The translations under genes and the position numbers were made by a program. This document shows positions 1-11,005 of a stretch of DNA of 64,000 bases, in pieces (the first letter of the stretch is position 1; each line of letters begins with the position of its first letter). Source of the DNA: Candidatus Bathyarchaeia archaeon (GTDB lineage: Archaea; Thermoproteota; Bathyarchaeia; Bathyarchaeales; Bathycorpusculaceae); NCBI GenBank assembly GCA_050015395.1, contig JBEKBM010000002.1:76719-140718 (forward strand), in the 5' to 3' direction. Below the pieces are notes generated by a model. The model was given only the letters and a program-made list of their open reading frames with translations. It had not been told where the DNA came from and did no database searches.

Positions 1-894
1 CATGGACAAAGCGGAGTCGCCTACCCCGCGCTTGTTAAACTTAAAGATTTAGCTCCAACTGTAGTCAGCTACCATACGAACCCTAAATTGGAGTTAACGC
101 TTAGTCTTTATTCATTGACCAGAGGCGGAAGCTTAAGCGATATCCGCACATACGCTGTGGGCTATCCAGTGTGGGCATATAGCTTCAAAAAAGAATTCGA
201 AATATCCAACGCTTCCGTCGCGGTCTCTGAAACCCTAATGAATGACCTCCTGCTAAACATGCAAAACGGAAACAGGAAAAAAATGCGTTACATTCACAAC
301 GGAGTCAACGTAGAAGAGTTAGAAAAAGAATATTCAAGCGTTCAATCTGAAAAAGAAAAAGATAAGCCAATAATCTTTTCGGCAGGTCGCCTTTACTGGC
401 GCAAAGGAGTTCTCAACCTAATCAAATTAGCACAACTTCTAGAAAAAAAGCATCATCTCAACTACAAAATTGTCGTCCATGGATCAGGACCGCTTGCCGG
501 AAAAATGGAGAAGCTAATTCATAAATACGATTTAACCAACATAATCCTCAAAGGCTTCACTACAAGAACTGAATTCTTAAAAGACATGAAACGAGCGGCT
601 TATGTAGTAATACCCAGCACGTTTGAAGCGTGCCCTATGCTTCTGTTGGAAAGCATGTGTCTAGGAAAAATACCTATTATGTTTGACCTACCTTACTCGG
701 AAGAGTTGACAAAGCAGGGTGAGTATGGTTTGTTGGCTCGAAACGTTGAGGAAATGTCTGAGAAAATCAAATCTTTCCCGACACAAATCGATGTAGAACA
801 CTTCGAAAATAAAATAAAAAAGTTTGCAATAAGACAGTATGATGTGGCGAAAACTGCAACACAGTACTGTGACCTTTACAAATCAATTAGTTAG
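1..894 (+). CDS. Glycosyltransferase family 4 (GT-B), 5'-truncated by window edge
   Basis: Frame is open from base 1 (HGQSG...); IHNGV, FSAGRL..RKG and PSTFEACPMLLLESM motifs typical of GT4. Confidence 0.85.
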   Translation, partial: HGQSGVAYPALVKLKDLAPTVVSYHTNPKLELTLSLYSLTRGGSLSDIRTYAVGYPVWAYSFKKEFEISNASVAVSETLMNDLLLNMQNGNRKKMRYIHNGVNVEELEKEYSSVQSEKEKDKPIIFSAGRLYWRKGVLNLIKLAQLLEKKHHLNYKIVVHGSGPLAGKMEKLIHKYDLTNIILKGFTTRTEFLKDMKRAAYVVIPSTFEACPMLLLESMCLGKIPIMFDLPYSEELTKQGEYGLLARNVEEMSEKIKSFPTQIDVEHFENKIKKFAIRQYDVAKTATQYCDLYKSIS

Positions 895-969
895 AAATTT
901 TCAATTTACCCGAGTCCGATTTGGAGACTATGAGTAGTGCAATAAAGAATTTTCAAATTCAAGCTTTTT

Positions 970-1227
970 ATGAAAAAGGTAGTCATTGCCACTGATCTCC
1001 TTGCTCACAGAAATGTTGTGCATAATCAGGAATGCTGCATTTATCTGTGATCAGTGAACCCTGAGGCAATCGCCAAGGGAGAAGAATTTGCAGTAGCTAA
1101 CAAGGATAAACTCGAGGGACTGGGGAAGCTGTGGCCGAAGAAAAGTTCTTAGCAGTTACACCTAGGGGAAGGTTGCCGAAGACATAGAGCATTATCTTCT
1201 TTGGGTTTGATTCGAGATATTCTTTGA
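970..1227 (+). pseudogene. Degenerate copy of the 3' end of the GT4 gene at 2810-4009
   Basis: Translates MKKVVIATDL...CCIYL*SVNP...NKDKLEGLGK, matching MEKVVLATDI...CCIYFQSVDP...NKDKLEGLGK at 3755-4009; has stop codons and frameshifts. Confidence 0.8.
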
Positions 1228-1367
1228 AGGATCAACAATTTTGAGTCTATTCAAAACTTTTTCCATCGATACATCATTGGATGTTTATCATTCAGCTATA
1301 TTTCTTAAGGATGTTAAGAAAGATTCCAGATGAGTCTGCACGATATAAGGCAATGATGGCGAGTTAA

Positions 1368-2522
1368 TTGAATGTACTTTGCATTTATCCTGGAATGACC
1401 AAAGCGAGAAATGATAACGCTTTCATGCTTACAAAACTTCAAGAAAAAGGCGTGAAACTCGCTGTTATTGCAGGTAAGTCCTTGGAGCTGAAGGGCGTTG
1501 GACAGCTTCCTTCCTATGAGGACATGGACGGTATTCCCGTATTTAGGCTATTCAGAAGCCCTCGCAATATGTTTCTTTTTCCTCATGAAAAATTAGAAGA
1601 TATTTTGCAGATAATCAAAAACCTCAAGCCAGATCTTATTTTTTGTTCTCAAGAGCTAAACATGCGGCTAGCCTTGATCATTAAGAAGTACGTTGACATA
1701 CCTATAGTGTTGTTGGTTGAAGACGGCGGACGGATTTTTTCAGGTGAGGCTGAATTAGGTATTTTTAATAGAACATTAATGCCCATTTTTGGGATTCAAA
1801 AGGGACCAATGTTCTGGCAATGGTTGTGCAGAAAGGCTTCGGCTCTTATAACTTGTCACCCTCGAGACAAACGATTTTTAGATAGATTATCACAATACGG
1901 AAAGCCGGTCTATTTTCTTCCATGGCCAACGTATGTACCAGATGATTTTAGGTTTCCATCTATGAGGAAAAGAGAGAGGGGGGTTTATGTGGGTTCTCTT
2001 TATCCCTTCAAAAACACTCAGGAATTTGAGAAAACTTTGCCACGAATTTTAAAAGAGACAAATACAAGGGAATTCTTCGTTGTGGGACCTGGACCACATG
2101 CGAAAATAATAAAAAGGCTTCAGAAGGAGAACCGGAACGCTATAGAGTATGTTAGGGAGCTTTCAAGGACAGATGCCTTATCTTTAATCGCAAGCAGTTA
2201 CTATGCGTATACACCTGTAGTGAAAGGCGGTTGGGGGTTCATTGGTGATTGTTGGAGCATGAGAACGCCTATTGTGATGACAAGTAATGATGGTTATGTT
2301 GTCAATAATGAAAACGCGCTAGTAGCTGTAAATGAAAATAGGCTAATTGAGAACATTAACCGCTTATACAATGAAGCAGAACTTTTTGAAAAACTGCAGA
2401 GGAATGGCTTCAATGAAAGTGAAAGCAGGAAAGCAGAAGTAGTAAGTAATAGCTTATATGGTATACTGGCAAAAACTATTGAAAATTCTTTTTCACATAA
2501 CTCTTACGAACACGTGCCTTAA
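1368..2522 (+). CDS. Glycosyltransferase (GT-B fold)
   Basis: KPDLIF, YVGSLYPFKN and terminal GT-B helix pattern; located in a GT cluster. Confidence 0.75.
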   Translation: MNVLCIYPGMTKARNDNAFMLTKLQEKGVKLAVIAGKSLELKGVGQLPSYEDMDGIPVFRLFRSPRNMFLFPHEKLEDILQIIKNLKPDLIFCSQELNMRLALIIKKYVDIPIVLLVEDGGRIFSGEAELGIFNRTLMPIFGIQKGPMFWQWLCRKASALITCHPRDKRFLDRLSQYGKPVYFLPWPTYVPDDFRFPSMRKRERGVYVGSLYPFKNTQEFEKTLPRILKETNTREFFVVGPGPHAKIIKRLQKENRNAIEYVRELSRTDALSLIASSYYAYTPVVKGGWGFIGDCWSMRTPIVMTSNDGYVVNNENALVAVNENRLIENINRLYNEAELFEKLQRNGFNESESRKAEVVSNSLYGILAKTIENSFSHNSYEHVP

Positions 2523-2558
2523 CGTTCATGTATATGGCTTTTTCGGCACAATGAATTC

Positions 2559-2777
2559 ATGTCTGAAGAAGAAAGAAGGAAAACTTGGCAAACTATAGCA
2601 AGTTTAGCCAAAAAAATTATACTTTTTGACAGTGATAATGATCGGTATCAGTATGTTTCTGAAATAGACACTGTCCCTGATTGCAAAGGATTTCATAATT
2701 TCATATTTTCATTGAATAGAGAAACTCCGTTGATACTAAAAGATAGTCCACTTATGAAAGGTGCGTTAACAATCTAA
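2559..2777 (+). CDS. Short hypothetical protein or gene fragment
   Basis: 72-aa ORF between co-oriented GT genes; no clear motif. Confidence 0.3.
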   Translation: MSEEERRKTWQTIASLAKKIILFDSDNDRYQYVSEIDTVPDCKGFHNFIFSLNRETPLILKDSPLMKGALTI

Positions 2778-2809
2778 ATTAGCTTCACAAACATCGAGAG
2801 GGTAAAACA

Positions 2810-4009
2810 TTGTCCCATAAGAAAATGAGAATAAGCTTTGTCAGTGCGCTAACGCTGGACACCGACATGCACAAGACAAGGGAATTGGAAATAATAAAGG
2901 CGCTTGCGGAGCGAGGGCATACTACTACCCTGATAGCGATAACTTCTAAGAGTAACTTTAAAATGTCGGACCAGCGCATAAAACTTATTCCTATACCGAT
3001 AAGATCTGTGCCAATAATTTCACCCCTTATTTGGGCTGGTGTTTTACTCTTTTTCTTACCAATTCACATATTGGTCAGTAAGCCCGATTTCGTAATAATG
3101 GATCCAGAAATATCAGTGCTAAGTTCAATTCCAACTCGTCTCGCCTTAAGATTTTCCAAGGCAAAATTCGTTTTAGATGTTAGAAGCACACCTGTTGAAG
3201 TAATTGGTTTTCGTGGGCATTTGTTAGAGTTTTTATTTAATGTCTCTGTTTTGGTGGCAAAGAGGTTTTTTAAAGGAATGGCCTTTGTCACTTCTTCAAT
3301 GAAACAAGAAGTATGCCGAAAATTTGGTTTGGATCAAAACAAAGTTTGCGTGTGGACAAATGGTGTGTCCCTTAATCTTTTTGAGCCTCAAAATTTCCCT
3401 GAAGAAAGTGCGAAGCTAAAAAAACAGCTTGATCTAACCAAGAAGTTCATTGTATTCTACCACGGAGCTTTTTCACCTACCAGAGGGCTAACCCAAACTA
3501 TTGAGGCTATACAAATTGTTAGTCAGCAAAATCCTCAAATTGTTTTGCTTCTTCTCGGAACAGGACCTATAGTTTCCGACTTAGAAAAGTTAATTCGGTT
3601 AAAGAGTCTTCAAAATAATGTAGTTCTTCATGATCCTGTTCTCTATGAGGAAGTTCCAAAATTTATTGGTTTAAGCGATGTGTGTATTGTCCCGTTGCCA
3701 AACAATTCTTACTGGAGATTCCAAAACGCTTTGAACCTTCTGGAATACTTGGCGATGGAAAAAGTTGTGTTGGCAACCGATATTTATGCAAACAGAGTGG
3801 TAGCAGGAGACGAAAAGTGCTGTATTTATTTTCAGTCTGTTGACCCTGTTGAAATTGCTAATTCAATCGAATATGCATATGTTAACAAAGATAAACTTGA
3901 AGGTTTGGGAAAAGTTGGCCGAAAAATAATTCAAAGCAGTTACACATGGGAAAAGGTTGCTGAAGAAGTTGAACATTATCTTCTTTCGGTTGATTCGAGA
4001 TATTCTTAG
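2810..4009 (+). CDS. Glycosyltransferase family 4
   Basis: WTNGV, FYHGAFSPTRGL and LLEYLAMEKVVLATD motifs. Confidence 0.88.
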   Translation: MSHKKMRISFVSALTLDTDMHKTRELEIIKALAERGHTTTLIAITSKSNFKMSDQRIKLIPIPIRSVPIISPLIWAGVLLFFLPIHILVSKPDFVIMDPEISVLSSIPTRLALRFSKAKFVLDVRSTPVEVIGFRGHLLEFLFNVSVLVAKRFFKGMAFVTSSMKQEVCRKFGLDQNKVCVWTNGVSLNLFEPQNFPEESAKLKKQLDLTKKFIVFYHGAFSPTRGLTQTIEAIQIVSQQNPQIVLLLLGTGPIVSDLEKLIRLKSLQNNVVLHDPVLYEEVPKFIGLSDVCIVPLPNNSYWRFQNALNLLEYLAMEKVVLATDIYANRVVAGDEKCCIYFQSVDPVEIANSIEYAYVNKDKLEGLGKVGRKIIQSSYTWEKVAEEVEHYLLSVDSRYS

Positions 4010-4319
4010 AGCGCCAGCGCCGGCGCGCCTATGTTAAGTCTGCTATTTCGGCTTTCCTTTTTCCAGTTTTACCGCGCCCTCACATTGAAGTAGTAAGTTA
4101 CATAAACGAGCCCTTTACACAGCTTCAAGAAAAACATGTTTACAATGAAGTCATTCGCCAGAACCACCGTACATAACTCTAATACCTGAACCCAGACTTT
4201 TTTTTCACTACTTCTTTCTATCTAACAACTGCTCTGTAGGTGTATCACATGTACCATGCATATTACAACGTTAATAGACGAGTCGCACCTTTTTGGAATG
4301 AGTTATTAAAGGAGGCGCA

Positions 4320-5057
4320 TTGATAATGAGTTTGAAAACCATGATCGGTGATGGTGATTCGCAACATTTTGATGCTGAAGGCTTAGATAGGTTAATCCCT
4401 CAACTTTTTGGGCTTCTTTCACCTAACATGGCTGAATGCGCTGTTTTGGACGTTGGATGTGGTCCTGGCATTATTGCCAGTGCTATTAAGCGTCAATTTG
4501 GCGCTGAAGTTTATGGCGTAGATTGCGATTCAACTTTTGTAGAACAAACAAAGGCAAAGGGGGTTAACGCGTACAGTTGCAACATAGAGACCGATAGCCT
4601 TCCTTTTTCTGATGCGACCTTTGACTATGTACTGTGTATTGAAGTGATTGAACACCTTGCGAAACCTGAGAGTTGCCTTAAGGAAATTGCCAGAGTGATT
4701 AAGCCGAAAGGAGTGCTGATACTTTCTACACCTAATCTAGTCGCACTCCCAAATAGATTAGCAATTATCAATGGTAAAGACCCACTGAAGGGGGATCCGT
4801 TTGACCGTCCTTATGACCGTCACATAAGACTTTATGCATTAAACTCACTAACACAACTTGTATCCACTTGGTTCAAAATTACAAGAATTGTTTATGTAAA
4901 TCAACAACCAAGAAGAACATGGAAAGGAATAGGCAGAGGCTTGCTTTGTTTTCTGAAAAAAGATTTGGCTAGTACAATGATAGTGACATGCCAACTGAAC
5001 CAACATGAAATCCCAACAATTTTAGCCCAAGGCAAAGAATTAAGAGAATCCTATTAG
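4320..5057 (+). CDS. Class I SAM-dependent methyltransferase
   Basis: VLDVGCGPG motif I, LPFSDATFD, EVIEHL, STPN. Confidence 0.88.
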   Translation: MIMSLKTMIGDGDSQHFDAEGLDRLIPQLFGLLSPNMAECAVLDVGCGPGIIASAIKRQFGAEVYGVDCDSTFVEQTKAKGVNAYSCNIETDSLPFSDATFDYVLCIEVIEHLAKPESCLKEIARVIKPKGVLILSTPNLVALPNRLAIINGKDPLKGDPFDRPYDRHIRLYALNSLTQLVSTWFKITRIVYVNQQPRRTWKGIGRGLLCFLKKDLASTMIVTCQLNQHEIPTILAQGKELRESY

Positions 5058-5388
5058 CATATTCTGTTCTTTCTGACAAGCTGTGGCACTTCAAGAAGCT
5101 CCTAATTTCGTTACCGTGCTTTCCAACATGAAAGATGATTCTTGGAGAGCTATGCCTTTTCGAAGACGCTCAGCGTTGAAGACTCTTGTATGCACTGCGT
5201 AACCAAATACTTCGTTGTTTCGCATTTTTGGATTCCAGAACAACCAAAGCATGTGAAATAGAGAGAAAAGAGTAATGAGGGTTTTGGTTTGGGGTACAGC
5301 AAGGGTACAACTCTAAATATATAACTAAGCCTTACATAAAACGTTTAAGCGAACAACAGCAGAATAATAACTAAACTGATTTTATAAA

Positions 5389-6105
5389 GTGAGTTTCTTA
5401 ATGGTCAAATACAGTATCTGCATCACTCACTATAATATGAAAGATACTTTACGTGAATTTATGGAAAGTGTTTTCGTCCAAATCGATTCAAGTTTTGAAG
5501 TAGTTGTATGCGATAATTGCAGCGACGATGGTTCCCGCGAAATACTTGAAGATTACGCACGAGCTGGAAAAATCAGACTATTAGTACAAAAATCAAGCAG
5601 AGGCAAAGGTCGGCAGATAGCATTTGAGAATTCAACGGGTGACTATATTATTTCAGGCTTAGATTCCGATGACGTGTTGAAACCTACTTTGAAAGATGTT
5701 TTGAAAATTTATCATTCAGAACATGAAGGTTATGCGTTGTCTTTCGGGACTATTCATTTTATTCCTAGACCGCTTGTTGAGTCGGTTGGTGGATGGAGAG
5801 ATTTACAATCTCTTGAAGACGTCGATTTTTGTAAGCGAGTTGAAATTTTGGGTAAGATGCATTATTTTGAGGACGATTCATTTGTGATGCAGCGAAGAGG
5901 AAGAGTTAAGCGGAGTATATTCTACAGGACTAAAGAAAGATACAGTTACTACAAATGTGCCTATCAAATCGGTCGCTGCGTTTGGAGTGAAATCATAAAA
6001 AAACAATCTGTAATTTGGTATCGTCGTCCAATCGAATTTGTTTTAGCACTCACTGCTGTGGCCAATTTGAAAATTAAAAAAGTTAAAAAATTCAAGTATG
6101 CTTAG
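5389..6105 (+). CDS. Glycosyltransferase family 2
   Basis: SICITHYN, EVVVCDNCSDDGS and DSDD motifs. Confidence 0.88.
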   Translation: MSFLMVKYSICITHYNMKDTLREFMESVFVQIDSSFEVVVCDNCSDDGSREILEDYARAGKIRLLVQKSSRGKGRQIAFENSTGDYIISGLDSDDVLKPTLKDVLKIYHSEHEGYALSFGTIHFIPRPLVESVGGWRDLQSLEDVDFCKRVEILGKMHYFEDDSFVMQRRGRVKRSIFYRTKERYSYYKCAYQIGRCVWSEIIKKQSVIWYRRPIEFVLALTAVANLKIKKVKKFKYA

Positions 6106-6315
6106 ACACGAATAACAGCTGTACTTGAATTTAATTTACTTATCAAAGGAGATAAATCAATTCTCATATTAATTTTTAATCCAACCAACCATGCATCTAT
6201 GGAGTGCGTACAGTAAACTGATTATAATTCATGGACAAGGTTTATTTCACTTATAATATCGTCCTGTCGGTGAATCTTTCTAATTGTTTTGAAAATCAAT
6301 AACATCAAATTTTTC

Positions 6316-7032
6316 TCAGGGAGACCAAACAAAGACAGCATTGCAAAATCTCAATCGAAGTTCGCCAGTCCATTCTAAAGTCTGCTCATAAACTCCGAAA
6401 AGAACATACGCTCTATCCTCAAGATACTGCCTAAGCACCTGAAACGGAACATGTTCTTTGTTGGCAAAGTTTAGTCCCGCTTCAACTTGAACAAAAGCGA
6501 CTCTACCAGAAGAAAACAATTTGTCTCCACCCTTCAGAACCTCAAGGTCAAATCCTTCTGTGTCGATCTTCAAATAATCAATGCAGTTAACATTGTGCTC
6601 ATCGCAAAACCTGTTAAGAGTATCGACATGAACCGTTTCAAAATTCAAGTTCTTTCCAGAATTTGCCTCAGTTTTTCTAGCAAGAGAGTTTATTAATGAG
6701 CAATTCTGCAACTCTACTTGTATTGTTCCGATAGTAGATCCGAACGCTATTTGAAAACAATGCACCCGATTCATTTTTTTCGTCTTATTTGTTAACTGAT
6801 TAAATGTACTTCGAATCGGCTCAAAGCAGTATATGTCTGCTCGTGGAAATGCATGCGAAATTCGATATAATGATTGACCTTCATTTGCCCCAACATCAAA
6901 TATCACATTGAATTTTTGAAAAGACATATGTCTTCTTATATCGAAAAAAACATCGAAACCATGGGGAAGAGAATAATACAAATGACTCTTGAGCAGGAAA
7001 CGCCAAATATATCGCATGTAAGAAGAATTCAT
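6316..7032 (-). CDS. FkbM-family methyltransferase
   Basis: IFDVGANEG, FEP and LKIDTEGFDLEVLKG motifs. Confidence 0.9.
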   Translation of the reverse strand: MNSSYMRYIWRFLLKSHLYYSLPHGFDVFFDIRRHMSFQKFNVIFDVGANEGQSLYRISHAFPRADIYCFEPIRSTFNQLTNKTKKMNRVHCFQIAFGSTIGTIQVELQNCSLINSLARKTEANSGKNLNFETVHVDTLNRFCDEHNVNCIDYLKIDTEGFDLEVLKGGDKLFSSGRVAFVQVEAGLNFANKEHVPFQVLRQYLEDRAYVLFGVYEQTLEWTGELRLRFCNAVFVWSP

Positions 7033-7713
7033 GCTCTCACTCGGGTAACACAGCCTAGTGGTGTCAAAGTAGGAATTGTAGATTTATATAAGTTGCTTAC
7101 TTTCTAGAAAACCAAGATTTCCAAATGCCGGACTCAATGTTACGCACTTCAAATCTGGCTTTCAAACGCCAGAGGGGTTTACCAATACGCGCAAACGCAT
7201 TCGACCACGCAAATAATCAGCGGAGACAAAAGAGCGAATATCGCCAGTTTGCCGGAGGTCAAGCCAATCCAACAAAGCAATTGTCACTATTAGTATAGCC
7301 CTCTCAAGTGGGCGCTAACGACAATTTCTTCCGATTTAACCTCGGCTAAAAGTTTAGAAATTTCTTCTGTCAGAATCGAGTTCACCTTCGACCCAGAACA
7401 AACAAATCTCAAAGACAAGCTCTGCGCGCTTCCCACTGAAAGGACATCTTTAACAAAAGAACTCTCACAATGAAGGCTGGAAAAGAGCACAGGCAATGGC
7501 TAAAACAAAAGTCTTCTGGGTTACGAAGCAGCATTTCCCAGCATTTAACTTTTGAAGTTTAAGATGCTTATGAGTCCTACCATCGCAAACTTTTCTACTG
7601 TAAAAAAGCGTAATTTTTAGTAAGAAAGAAGTATCGAATCGCTCGCAAAAAGTTGTTTCTTTAACTGAAAAAGAGCACTGCAAAGAAAAAGAAAGAAAAT
7701 AGGGGTAGTTTTT

Positions 7714-9282
7714 TTACGGATAGCCCACGTTGTTTTGTATGACTGTGCCGCTTCCTTGGTCAAGTATTTTCGGGTTGGGGCATTGAATGAAGTTGTTGCC
7801 TGTGATGCTTGTGCCTGTGACTCCAGAGTTGACGAGGACGCCAGCGTATATTGACTGCGCGTTAGTTATTATAAACGTGTTGCCCGTGACAGCATTGTTT
7901 GCAGAAGCACACATAACCGCTGCTCCCCATCCTCCCGCTGCGTCCCAGTTAGTTATCGTATTGTTTGAAATTGTATTGTTTGGAGCATTGGGGTCTGTTG
8001 CTATTCCAAATTGACAACCAGTAATAATATTATTTGTTGCTGTGTTATATCCTGGACTAGTGGTAGCACCTCCTGAACTATCGTAAGATAAAGCAATTGC
8101 ACAGTACGTGTTTGTAATTGTGTTATATCTAATCGTAGCATGTCCACCACATTCATTAGCGATACCCCAATGTGACTGAAGATGCGCTGCCAAGTCCATA
8201 TCATGTACATAATTATATTCAATCGTGCAATTATTACGATATGATGTTATGCCAACATCGCCACAATGTGATACTTCGTTGTGCCCAGCATAATCGCCAT
8301 TAGCGTCCTCTAATGTTATTCCGTTCCATTGACAGTTATATATAACACTGTTTATAACGCTGTTGTTGCCGTACCCTGTATCACCATAAAAGTCAACTCC
8401 ATCCATAAGGCTATTGTAAATCGTGGCTCCGTCCACAACAAAACCAGTGCAGTCCCATGTTAAAAGTATGCCAGTGACTGTAGTTTGTCCTGAAGAATTA
8501 CCGTTTATTTCAACATTAATGATTTGGCAGTTGTTGTCATAGTTGAAGCGGAACACTGGATTGTTCAAGCCGTTGTTAGCGTAAAAGACTGCTCCATTCT
8601 GGACGTAGATTTGCACGTTGTTTCCATTGCTTAACAGTATTGTCGATGCTACGTTGTAAGTAGCTGCTTCAACGTAAATTACTCCCCCACTTGAGGCGAG
8701 GCGGTTCCAAGCATTTTGTAAGACTGATGTTATGTCTGTGCTTGAGTAGAGGATTGATCCGCTTGTGCCTTGTATTACATGATTGGCTCCGCTGCTATCT
8801 TGATAGATTGTGTAATCTGTGTTTGGCGGAGGAGATGTTACCGAAATAGGCGTGGGACCTGCCGTTGGACTTGGTGTGGGCGTTGGAGTAGGTGTTGGAG
8901 TCGCCGTTGGTGCGGGAGTGGGCGTTGGAGTAGGTGTTGGAGTTGGTGTAGGCGTGGGACTTCGAGTCGGACTAGGCGTTGGGATAGAAGTAGGTGTTGG
9001 ACTTGTTGTTGGCGTTGGAGTCGGATCAAGCGTTATGGTTGGAGTTGGTGTTGGAGTCACTGTTAGTGCGGGATTGGGCGTAGCTATTGGGCTATGAGTT
9101 AGCGGAGGCGATGGCGACGGTAATGGCCTTGGGATCGGTTTCGCGGTATGCGTAGGAGTTGACCAATGATAATGCTGAGCATAGACCACATCAGACTGCA
9201 AAGGAAAGCTTATGAATGCAGAGGACAGCAGAATCAGAAAAACCAATAAAGCTACTGCTATTATTATATTTTTTTGTTTCAC
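7714..9282 (-). CDS. Secreted right-handed beta-helix (pectin-lyase-like) protein with Pro/Thr linker
   Basis: Signal peptide, long PT-repeat linker, GGVIYV..ATY motif and Asn-ladder beta-helix repeats. Confidence 0.8.
   Translation of the reverse strand: MKQKNIIIAVALLVFLILLSSAFISFPLQSDVVYAQHYHWSTPTHTAKPIPRPLPSPSPPLTHSPIATPNPALTVTPTPTPTITLDPTPTPTTSPTPTSIPTPSPTRSPTPTPTPTPTPTPTPAPTATPTPTPTPTPSPTAGPTPISVTSPPPNTDYTIYQDSSGANHVIQGTSGSILYSSTDITSVLQNAWNRLASSGGVIYVEAATYNVASTILLSNGNNVQIYVQNGAVFYANNGLNNPVFRFNYDNNCQIINVEINGNSSGQTTVTGILLTWDCTGFVVDGATIYNSLMDGVDFYGDTGYGNNSVINSVIYNCQWNGITLEDANGDYAGHNEVSHCGDVGITSYRNNCTIEYNYVHDMDLAAHLQSHWGIANECGGHATIRYNTITNTYCAIALSYDSSGGATTSPGYNTATNNIITGCQFGIATDPNAPNNTISNNTITNWDAAGGWGAAVMCASANNAVTGNTFIITNAQSIYAGVLVNSGVTGTSITGNNFIQCPNPKILDQGSGTVIQNNVGYP
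8820..9130 (-). repeat. Low-complexity Pro-Thr coding repeat (linker)
   Basis: Repeated gttggagtaggt/gttggt units encoding (PT)n. Confidence 0.85.
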
Positions 9283-9509
9283 TATTTATCCCTCTCTCTT
9301 CAATTTGTTACTTTCATTTCCTGAGTTTGTAATTTAAGTTTTGTTGAAAAATAAAATTTGCAAAGTTGCAAAGTCCGCTTCTCATCTCATTAATCATGTT
9401 TGCGCTTTCTTCAGAACATCAATTTCTATAGTAAGAGCGGTCGCCAATTATATCCATAACCACTATCTCTGCAGCTGAAAAGATTCCCAAGAAAAATATA
9501 ACCACCAAT

Positions 9510-10124
9510 AATGTTGCTGGCCATCAACCAAACTATATGCCGTGGCTTGGTTTCTTCGATAAACTTGCGAGATGTGATACTTTTGTTATCTATGATGATG
9601 CACAATTTCAACACGGCGGATTCCATAACAGAAACAAAATTAGAACCCTGAAAGGATGGGAATGGCTAACTGTACCCATTATCCATGGGCACCCACAAAC
9701 TATTAAGGACGTAAAAATATCTGGAACCCAATGGAAAAATAAACATTTAAGTGCAATAATGCACAATTACGAAAAGGCGCCTTATTTCAAAAAATATTTT
9801 CCTTTAATTAAAGAAGCCATAGATTTCGATCATGAACTACTAATAGGCTTGAATGTGCACCTCATTAGAATGTTTGCTGAAATCTTGTCTATAAATGTAA
9901 ATATTGTTCGTTCATCTGAATTTCCTTATTGCGGAAAGGAAAAGAACGAGAAATTAATATCCATGTGCAAATTTATTGGGGCTGACACGTATCTGTCAGG
10001 TTCTGGAGGAAAAGCCTATATTAACGAAAGCTTGTTCTCACAAGCCAACATTAAGATTAAATGGCACAACTACGAGCACCCAATTTACAAGCAGAGATAT
10101 GAAGGAAGTTGCCGGTTGATCTAG
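9510..10124 (+). CDS. WbqC-like protein (possibly damaged at both ends)
   Basis: NVAGHQPNYMPWLGFFDK and NRNKI motifs; the HQPNY motif lies upstream of the first ATG (9537); the usual C-terminal LSI.D segment is not in frame. Confidence 0.75.
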   Translation, partial: NVAGHQPNYMPWLGFFDKLARCDTFVIYDDAQFQHGGFHNRNKIRTLKGWEWLTVPIIHGHPQTIKDVKISGTQWKNKHLSAIMHNYEKAPYFKKYFPLIKEAIDFDHELLIGLNVHLIRMFAEILSINVNIVRSSEFPYCGKEKNEKLISMCKFIGADTYLSGSGGKAYINESLFSQANIKIKWHNYEHPIYKQRYEGSCRLI

Positions 10125-10212
10125 AATTTTAATGAAAGGTTATAGAACACTTGTCAATTGTTCGGGATGTTTATTCCTTACGACTTTAAAAGTTTGTTTC
10201 TCTGCATAAATC

Positions 10213-10941
10213 ATGAGCTATTTTACGGTTTTTTGGAAGATTTTTATGACTGAAATTCGCACAAGTGTATCAGTCGTTATCGCAACGCTAAACGAAGAAG
10301 AAGGAATAGGGCCAACTTTAGGCGAGCTGCAGAAAGTTCTAAACAACCCGTATTTGGTAGTTGTTGATGGCAACAGCGTTGACAAAACCATTGAAATAGC
10401 GAAAAACATGGGTGCAGACGTTTTACTGCAAGAGGGAAAAGGCAAAGGAAACGCCATGTTCCAAGGTTACCGCACTATAAGCTCAAAAGTGCCGTTTATC
10501 GTTTTCACAGATGCCGACTATACTTACCCTGCCGAATACGTCCCTAAAATGATTGAGATTTTAGAGCAAAACCAAGAAGTCGGCATGGTTATCGGAAACA
10601 GGTTTAAAGGCCAATTCAACAACAGCAAGTCACTTACAAACCCTTTCTATTTAGGTAACCGGTTGCTGGCGCTTGCCCAATCAGTGATGAATGGCGTTAA
10701 GCTTGATGATCCATTGTCTGGTTTACGCGTCGTTAGGAGCGAAATTATAGAGGGTTGGAAACCTAAAAGTAAAGGGTTTGATGTAGAGGCTGAAATGAAC
10801 TCCATTGTCGAGCGTAGAGGTTACCGCATTGTTGAGATTCCAATTCACTACCGAATTAGACTGGGGGAGAAAAAGCTTAAGCTTAGACATGGCCTACGTA
10901 TAATGATAAGGATTATAGCTGAAAGCTTAAAAGTCAAATAA
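10213..10941 (+). CDS. GT2 polyprenyl-phosphate glycosyltransferase (Dpm1/AglJ-like)
   Basis: VIATLNEE, VDGNSVD, GKGNA, DADYTY and GFDVEAE motifs. Confidence 0.88.
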   Translation: MSYFTVFWKIFMTEIRTSVSVVIATLNEEEGIGPTLGELQKVLNNPYLVVVDGNSVDKTIEIAKNMGADVLLQEGKGKGNAMFQGYRTISSKVPFIVFTDADYTYPAEYVPKMIEILEQNQEVGMVIGNRFKGQFNNSKSLTNPFYLGNRLLALAQSVMNGVKLDDPLSGLRVVRSEIIEGWKPKSKGFDVEAEMNSIVERRGYRIVEIPIHYRIRLGEKKLKLRHGLRIMIRIIAESLKVK

Positions 10942-11005
10942 ACTAAAAAAATAATTCTCAATTTTGTTTTGTTATTATACATTTTATTTCTTGGATGTGA
11001 GATTT

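Noticed and set aside
7290-7683. Two short minus-strand ORFs
   Set aside because: No recognisable motifs or start signals; cannot be supported as genes.
8770-9097. Gly-Val and Arg-Trp rich ORFs on alternative frames
   Set aside because: Shadow frames of the Pro-Thr linker of 7714-9282.
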